Position numbers and translations under genes: made by a program. Positions 58,723 to 64,000 of a DNA stretch of 64,000 nt are shown in pieces (the first letter of the stretch is position 1; the number at the start of each line of letters is the position of its first letter). Origin of the DNA: an uncultured Spirochaetota bacterium (GTDB taxonomy: Bacteria; Spirochaetota; Spirochaetia; SZUA-6; Fen-1364). The notes beneath the pieces were generated by a model, which did no database searches, had not been told where the DNA came from, and was given only the letters and a program-made list of their open reading frames with translations. The stretch covers positions 1-64,000 of the forward strand of contig CAWJSK010000021.1 in NCBI GenBank assembly GCA_963845535.1. Reading direction: 5' to 3'.

Positions 58723-58807
58723 GAGTCGTACGGAGATGACGCGTCTGATCCGTACAGACATATCTACCGGATATCGCGCTTCGCGCGATGCGGGTTAGAG
58801 GTAACGT

Positions 58808-59356
58808 ATGGCAGAGTTCAACGGGATTCTCATCGATGAGGCGAACCATCTGTTCGACCGCACCGGCATGTTCTACAAGAAGTTCCCCAGCGACTTCCGG
58901 CAGATCCGCTACTTCACCCTCCTGATCATCCAGAAAGCCCCGCCGGAGATGAAAGAGATCAACCTCCTGGAGCAGCAGATCAGCGAGCTGATCAAGAACG
59001 CGGTGAAGCACGGCAACCGCAAGGACCCCGCCAAGAGCGTGCACGTGTGGTTCGCCTTCGATGAGTCGAGCGCCCGCGTCATCGTGCAGGACGAGGGGGA
59101 AGGCTTTACGCGCCTTGAGGAATGGAATGAGTTCAACCGCAGGCGCAACGAGTGCTTCAAGAAGCAGGACTTCGAGGGGATGGCGGACTTCGTCTCCTTC
59201 ATGACCCCGGAAAGCGATGATCATGACGGCGGCAACGCTCTCTTCGCGGCCGTCGAATACTGGGACGCCGGGCTCGTCTTCAACGGGAAGAAGAACTGCG
59301 TGGCCGCGGCCAAGCGCTTCCCGCACAAGAGGCACGGGATCGCGCTGGCCTCCTGA
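58808..59356 (+). CDS. RsbW/SpoIIAB-like anti-sigma Ser kinase (HATPase_c fold)
   Basis: SELIKNAVKHGN N-box, QDEGEGF G1 box, atypical G2 (GGNALF). Confidence 0.8.
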   Translation: MAEFNGILIDEANHLFDRTGMFYKKFPSDFRQIRYFTLLIIQKAPPEMKEINLLEQQISELIKNAVKHGNRKDPAKSVHVWFAFDESSARVIVQDEGEGFTRLEEWNEFNRRRNECFKKQDFEGMADFVSFMTPESDDHDGGNALFAAVEYWDAGLVFNGKKNCVAAAKRFPHKRHGIALAS

Positions 59357-59364
59357 GACGACTC

Positions 59365-60528
59365 ATGAGGGCACGAAGGTCGCCCGTCATAGAGCTTCCG
59401 CTCAAGATCACTCTGACAACGGCCGGGGTGGAGTGGTTCATCCGCAACAAGCGGCAGTTGAAGCAGCTGCGCATGGCGGACAGCCGCCTGGAGTACGGGA
59501 TATCCGTCGCCACCATGTCGGCCACGGCGCTGCAAAAGATGATCAACATCGACTACATCGCTTCGGTGGAGCTGGCGCGCTCCGAGTTCTCCTCCAAGCG
59601 CTCGGAGATCATCGACCTCACCAAGCTCATCGTGCACAGGATCCTGTTCAAGAAGTTCGAGAACGAAACCACGCGGATGTTCATGGCCTCCGCCCTGATC
59701 AGGCGGTGGAACAGGCAGAACCCCGGGCGTTGCATCGATGAGAACACCTCCTACAACCAGGGCCAGGTGGACGCGCTCTTTGCCGGGATAGCCTCCGAGA
59801 TCCCGCTCGTGTCGCTGGACATCCAGGAGCCCCTCATGCGCGCCTACGCCGCCAACCCTTCCCTGGGTGATGACGAGCGCACGCTGCGCGCCTACCTTGC
59901 TGACGGCTTCGTGATCAACTCCTCCAAGCTCCTCTGGTGCATCCTCGCGAAGTCCCGTGGACAGCCCGAGTACGACGGCCTGATCGGGGAGCTTCGGGGC
60001 GTCCTTTCCGGATTCGTGGAGAAAGCGGCAATCTCGGAGAATCTGGCGCTCATGGTGGTGGAGCTCCTCGGGTACACCGAGGTGAGCCACTATCGGCAGG
60101 TGACGGAAAAGCTCCTCAAGGGCCGCAAGACCGGGGAATCCCTCATGACGGATGAGCGCATGCGAAACGAGGTGCGCCGCCGCATGGAGGCGGAGGGAGA
60201 CCTGCTCTCCCTCACCTACCAGCTTGGAAGCAAAGGCGCATCCATTGGCACGGAGAACAGGCTGCGGGTGAGCATCTGCAACAAGGAGCAGACTTTCCGC
60301 CGCCTGAACGAGCAGCTTGAGTCCCGCCTGGGAATGGACGTGAAGGAGCACTCGCTCCTGGACTTCTACAAGCGCCTTCCCGAGCAGCAGATCGATACGG
60401 AGCTCGGACTGTACTACCTCTCCTACCTGCAGAAGGCATGTGAGAAGCAGAACATCAGGATCGAGAGCACGGTCAACCTTGTGCCCCGCAGCGATCTCAC
60501 CCTGATCAACCTGACGCTGCAGTTCTGA
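59365..60528 (+). CDS. Hypothetical protein with a possible degenerate GHKL-like C-terminus
   Basis: 387-aa ORF with host-like codon usage, 8 bp after the RsbW-like gene. Confidence 0.75.
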   Translation: MRARRSPVIELPLKITLTTAGVEWFIRNKRQLKQLRMADSRLEYGISVATMSATALQKMINIDYIASVELARSEFSSKRSEIIDLTKLIVHRILFKKFENETTRMFMASALIRRWNRQNPGRCIDENTSYNQGQVDALFAGIASEIPLVSLDIQEPLMRAYAANPSLGDDERTLRAYLADGFVINSSKLLWCILAKSRGQPEYDGLIGELRGVLSGFVEKAAISENLALMVVELLGYTEVSHYRQVTEKLLKGRKTGESLMTDERMRNEVRRRMEAEGDLLSLTYQLGSKGASIGTENRLRVSICNKEQTFRRLNEQLESRLGMDVKEHSLLDFYKRLPEQQIDTELGLYYLSYLQKACEKQNIRIESTVNLVPRSDLTLINLTLQF

Positions 60529-60533
60529 ATCCG

Positions 60534-61208
60534 TCAGCCCTCTCGTGGACCCCGACCGCTTCCCCCATTGCGCAGCCTCCCGACGGGAAGTCCCCAGTCG
60601 CGCTCCAACTCCGTTGCCGCCTCATCAGGGGAGCGGAATACCGTTGCGTTTATTCCGACCGCGCGGGCGCCCTCCGCGTTCTCCGCAACGTCGTCGAGGA
60701 AAATGCATTCTTCCGGGGTCGCGCCGAGCTTCTGAAGGCACAGACGATATATGGAGGGTTCCGGTTTGACCAGAAGGTGCTCGCAGGAGAACACTGCCAC
60801 ATCGAAATCAGAGATCCATCGGAACTGCCCGTCCGCCTGCATGAACTTCAGCTTCTCTGAGGGCATGTTTGAAAGGATGCCCGTAAGGTAGCCGGCGTCG
60901 CGAAGCTCGTAGGACCAGTCCACCACCCTCTGGTTGACCCGGGACCATCCCAGTGCGTCCTCCCGCTCGATCTGCGCCAGGAGGGCGGGCGTTGCCGTCA
61001 CGCCGCCCGCCGCGAAGAGGCGGCGCCAGTATTCACCCGTGTCGAGCGTGCCCCGATCCAGCTCCGTCCTGTCACGCCGGTAGGCCTCATAGAACTCGGC
61101 CTTCGGGAGACGCGTCAGGGCCATCATGGCGGCTTCCCGTTCGGGATCAAGAGGCAGACCGAGAACTCCCCCGTAGTCGAAAATGACCGTCGTCAGCTTT
61201 GGTTTCAA
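60534..61208 (-). CDS. HAD-superfamily phosphatase
   Basis: IFDYGGVL, ILSN, KPEPSIY, FLDD. Confidence 0.9.
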   Translation of the reverse strand: MKPKLTTVIFDYGGVLGLPLDPEREAAMMALTRLPKAEFYEAYRRDRTELDRGTLDTGEYWRRLFAAGGVTATPALLAQIEREDALGWSRVNQRVVDWSYELRDAGYLTGILSNMPSEKLKFMQADGQFRWISDFDVAVFSCEHLLVKPEPSIYRLCLQKLGATPEECIFLDDVAENAEGARAVGINATVFRSPDEAATELERDWGLPVGRLRNGGSGRGPREG

Positions 61209-61272
61209 GACGTGGAAAACTTAGTGAAAGTAGCCCATCGTGGCAAGACGGGTGAATCCCTGCGTCGGGCTG

Positions 61273-61623
61273 CTATTCGACGACGTACTCTGGCCGCAGG
61301 GGGGCAAAGCACTCGATGACCTCGCTGTCCTCGAGCACCTCCGCGCCGTGCTTCTCATCCGGGGAAAAGCAGTAGCCGGTTCCCGCCTCCGCAATGAACC
61401 CATCCCCGGCTTCCTTCGTCATGTGGAGCCTGCCGCGGATGACGTACCCGTTCTGCGCCGCGACATGCGAATGCAGCGGGATCCGCGCGCCCTTCTTCAT
61501 CGTGTAATGACAGACCATGAGTTGGTCGTTGTACGCGAGGGTGGCGCGAAAAACTCCCGCGGGATTCTCCACAAGCGTGGTTTCCTTTCCTCGGGCAATA
61601 CGGCGGACCTGGTGTTCTGGCAT
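61273..61623 (-). CDS. Cupin domain protein
   Basis: PLHSH..Q.GYV..G and EKHGA motifs, F.P.RPEY end. Confidence 0.85.
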   Translation of the reverse strand: MPEHQVRRIARGKETTLVENPAGVFRATLAYNDQLMVCHYTMKKGARIPLHSHVAAQNGYVIRGRLHMTKEAGDGFIAEAGTGYCFSPDEKHGAEVLEDSEVIECFAPLRPEYVVE

Positions 61624-61799
61624 GCGGGGATGATAGTGCGGCGCAGCGCGTGTTTCAATCCCGGTGCTCGCGGCGGTATCGCGGCGGGCGCTTCCTTCAC
61701 GCGTTTCGGGCCGTTCTTAGCGCCTTCCTAGCACAAACCCGCTGAAATTTAACGCCCTTGAAATAGGCGAACAGCCCGACGCCACGCTACCCTGAACGC

Positions 61800-61889
61800 A
61801 TGAGTATCCAATTGGTCGTTGCCGGCCTGTTAGGCGTATTCCTCCTTTTCTACCTCGTCTACTCGATTGTGCGCCCGGACAAGTTCTAG
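61800..61889 (+). CDS. kdpF: K+-transporting ATPase subunit F (29 aa, below the ORF-track cutoff)
   Basis: MSIQLVVAGLLGVFLLFYLVYSIVRPDKF with the YL.Y....P.KF signature, directly upstream of kdpA. Confidence 0.9.
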   Translation: MSIQLVVAGLLGVFLLFYLVYSIVRPDKF

Positions 61890-61898
61890 GAGAAAATC

Positions 61899-63626
61899 AT
61901 GAGCGCAGCAAACTGGATGCAACTGATCGTGTACCTCGGGGTCCTCTTTGCCCTGGCCCCTTTTCTGGGGAAGTACATGGCCCGGGTCTATGGCGATGAG
62001 AAGCACATCCTTTCGTTCCTCAAGCCCCTGGAGAGAGGGATCTACAAGATCTCGGGGATCGACCCTCGCCAGCAGATGAACTGGAAGCAATATGCGGGCG
62101 CGCTCCTTGCGCTGAACATCCTGGGCTTCCTGTTCCTTTACCTGATGCTCGTGACGCAGAAGTGGCTGCCGCTCAACCAGGCAAAGATCGACAACATGTC
62201 CTGGCACCTGGCCCTCAACACGGCCGTCAGCTTCATGACGAATACCAATTGGCAGAACTACGGCGGGGAGAACGCCGCAAGCTACCTCTCGCAGATGGCG
62301 GGGTTGGCGGTGCAGAACTTCTTGAGCGCTGCCACGGGCATGGCCGCGCTGCTCGTCCTGGTTCGGGGAATCATCAACAAGCCAGGGAACGGCACCTCCA
62401 GCCCTCAGCCGGGGGAAATGAACCGGGTCCTTTTGGGCAACTTCTGGGTCGACCTCACACGGTCCACTCTTTACATCCTTCTGCCGCTTTCCATCATCCT
62501 CGCGGTGCTCCTGATGTCGCAGGGGGTCATCCAGACGTTCGCCGGCCCCGTCCACGCGGTCACGCTGGAAGGGAAGGACCAGGTCATCGCGCTGGGACCC
62601 GCCGCGTCGCAGATCGCAATCAAGCAGCTCGGGACAAACGGGGGCGGTTTTTTCAACGCCAACTCTGCGTATCCATTCGAGAACCCCACGCCTCTTTCCA
62701 ACCTGTTCGAGATGCTGGCCATTCTCCTGATCCCGGTAGCCACGCCGTTTGCCTACGGACGAATGGTGAGAGACAGGAGCCAGGGCCACGCCCTGTTTGC
62801 GGCAAAGACCGTGCTCTTCGCCATCGGTCTCGTGGTGATCCTCTTTGCCGAATACGGCTTCAACGGGATGACCGGCGGTCACGGCACCATGGAGGGAAGG
62901 GAAACGCGCTTCGGCATCGCCGGCAGCGCCCTGTGGGCCGAAGCCACAACGGTGACATCCAACGGCTCGGTCAACTCGATGCATGACAGCTTCTCCCCGC
63001 TCGGCGGCATGGTGCCGCTCACCAACATCCTGCTGGGTGAAATCATCTACGGAGGGGTGGGATGCGGCATGTACGGCATGCTCGTGTTCCTTTTCATCAC
63101 GGTCTTCATCGCGGGGCTCATGGTAGGGAGGACCCCTGAGTACCTGGGCAAGAAAATTGAGTCGCGTGAAATGCAGCTTTCGGTCCTTGCCGTCATTGGA
63201 CAGACGTGCACCGTCCTGTTCCTGGCCGCCGCGGGAGTTGCCACGAAGACGGGGCTCTCCAGCCTCAACAACCAGGGCCCGCACGGGCTCACGGAGATCC
63301 TCTACTTGTTCGGTTCCAGCGTCGGGAACAACGGAAGCGCTTTTGCGGGGATCAACGGCAACACCGTCTTCTACAACACGCTCGGCGCTTTTGCAATGCT
63401 CGTCGGCCGCTTCGTGCTTCTGATCCCGGTCTTCGCGATCTCCGGCAGCCTTGGCGCAAAGGTGCCCATCCCGGCAAGCGTCGGGACGTTCGCGACGAAC
63501 AACACGATCTTCGTGGTGCTCCTGGTCATCACCATCATCATCATTGCGGGGCTGAACTTCTTCCCCGCCCTGACCCTCGGGCCCATCGTTGAACATTACC
63601 TGGCCCTCAAGGGCATGGTTTTCTAA
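61899..63626 (+). CDS. kdpA: K+-transporting ATPase subunit A
   Basis: SFMTNTNWQ.Y.GE, IKQLGTNGGG, SNGSVNSMHDS, GRTPEYLGKK, NNGSAFAG. Confidence 0.97.
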   Translation: MSAANWMQLIVYLGVLFALAPFLGKYMARVYGDEKHILSFLKPLERGIYKISGIDPRQQMNWKQYAGALLALNILGFLFLYLMLVTQKWLPLNQAKIDNMSWHLALNTAVSFMTNTNWQNYGGENAASYLSQMAGLAVQNFLSAATGMAALLVLVRGIINKPGNGTSSPQPGEMNRVLLGNFWVDLTRSTLYILLPLSIILAVLLMSQGVIQTFAGPVHAVTLEGKDQVIALGPAASQIAIKQLGTNGGGFFNANSAYPFENPTPLSNLFEMLAILLIPVATPFAYGRMVRDRSQGHALFAAKTVLFAIGLVVILFAEYGFNGMTGGHGTMEGRETRFGIAGSALWAEATTVTSNGSVNSMHDSFSPLGGMVPLTNILLGEIIYGGVGCGMYGMLVFLFITVFIAGLMVGRTPEYLGKKIESREMQLSVLAVIGQTCTVLFLAAAGVATKTGLSSLNNQGPHGLTEILYLFGSSVGNNGSAFAGINGNTVFYNTLGAFAMLVGRFVLLIPVFAISGSLGAKVPIPASVGTFATNNTIFVVLLVITIIIIAGLNFFPALTLGPIVEHYLALKGMVF

Positions 63627-63652
63627 AAGGCTCGTTGCCCCGGAGAACTGAC

Positions 63653-64000
63653 ATGAGACAAGAAATCAAACTGGCAAGCCTTCCTGTCCTGACCCGCGCC
63701 GTGGGGATGGCGTTCAAGAAGCTCGACCCGCGCGTGGAGATCAGGAACCCGGTCATGTTCATGGTCTGGATCGGCTCGGTATTCATTTCCGTCGTATACA
63801 TCGTGGACGCATTCCACGGGGTATTCAACGGGTTCAACCTCCAGATCGCCATCTGGCTGTGGTTTACGGTCCTTTTTGCCAACTTCTCCGAGTCGCTTGC
63901 TGAGATCCAGGGGAAAGCCAGGGCGGATTCGCTGCGCGCCATGAGGACCAAGACCATTGCGCGCCGTCTCCTGAACGGCGACGGCAAGGAAGAGAAAGTG
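63653..64000 (+). CDS. kdpB: K+-transporting ATPase subunit B (5' part, runs off the window)
   Basis: AFKKLDPR...RNPVMF and WLWFTVLFANFSESLAE..GKA.ADSLR. Confidence 0.93.
   Translation, partial: MRQEIKLASLPVLTRAVGMAFKKLDPRVEIRNPVMFMVWIGSVFISVVYIVDAFHGVFNGFNLQIAIWLWFTVLFANFSESLAEIQGKARADSLRAMRTKTIARRLLNGDGKEEKV

Noticed and set aside
61690..61790. KdpE box or riboswitch upstream of kdpF
   Set aside because: Only vague short repeats, with no convincing match by eye.

Overview
GC-rich bacterial chromosomal window, probably from an anaerobic free-living spirochaete (inferred from gene content and protein style, not established). It is dense in signal-transduction genes: several hybrid histidine kinases, response regulators, an HD-GYP protein and a partner-switching cluster. 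It also holds two tRNAs, two sugar ABC clusters, fab genes, aroC, a cobinamide-salvage cluster, a complete IS1634-family element with a 6-bp target duplication, a trimeric HydABC [FeFe]-hydrogenase operon and the start of kdpFAB. Four things stand out. (1) The hydCBA operon continues into a sensory [FeFe]-hydrogenase-histidine kinase fusion, a receiver and a second kinase, under a Rex-like operator: a candidate H2-sensing phosphorelay with no DNA-binding output. (2) A near-consensus sigma-54 promoter with a paired enhancer has no protein gene behind it. (3) An output-less dCache-HAMP sensor is coupled to a membrane PP2C/STAS/RsbW-like module. (4) The IS has a symmetric two-gene layout and separates a sugar operon from its likely promoter. 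Four genes carry single-base +1 frameshifts in short homopolymers, which may be assembly errors. No CRISPR array or rRNA was seen. Start codons were adjusted by eye, and all product calls are motif recognition without database searches.
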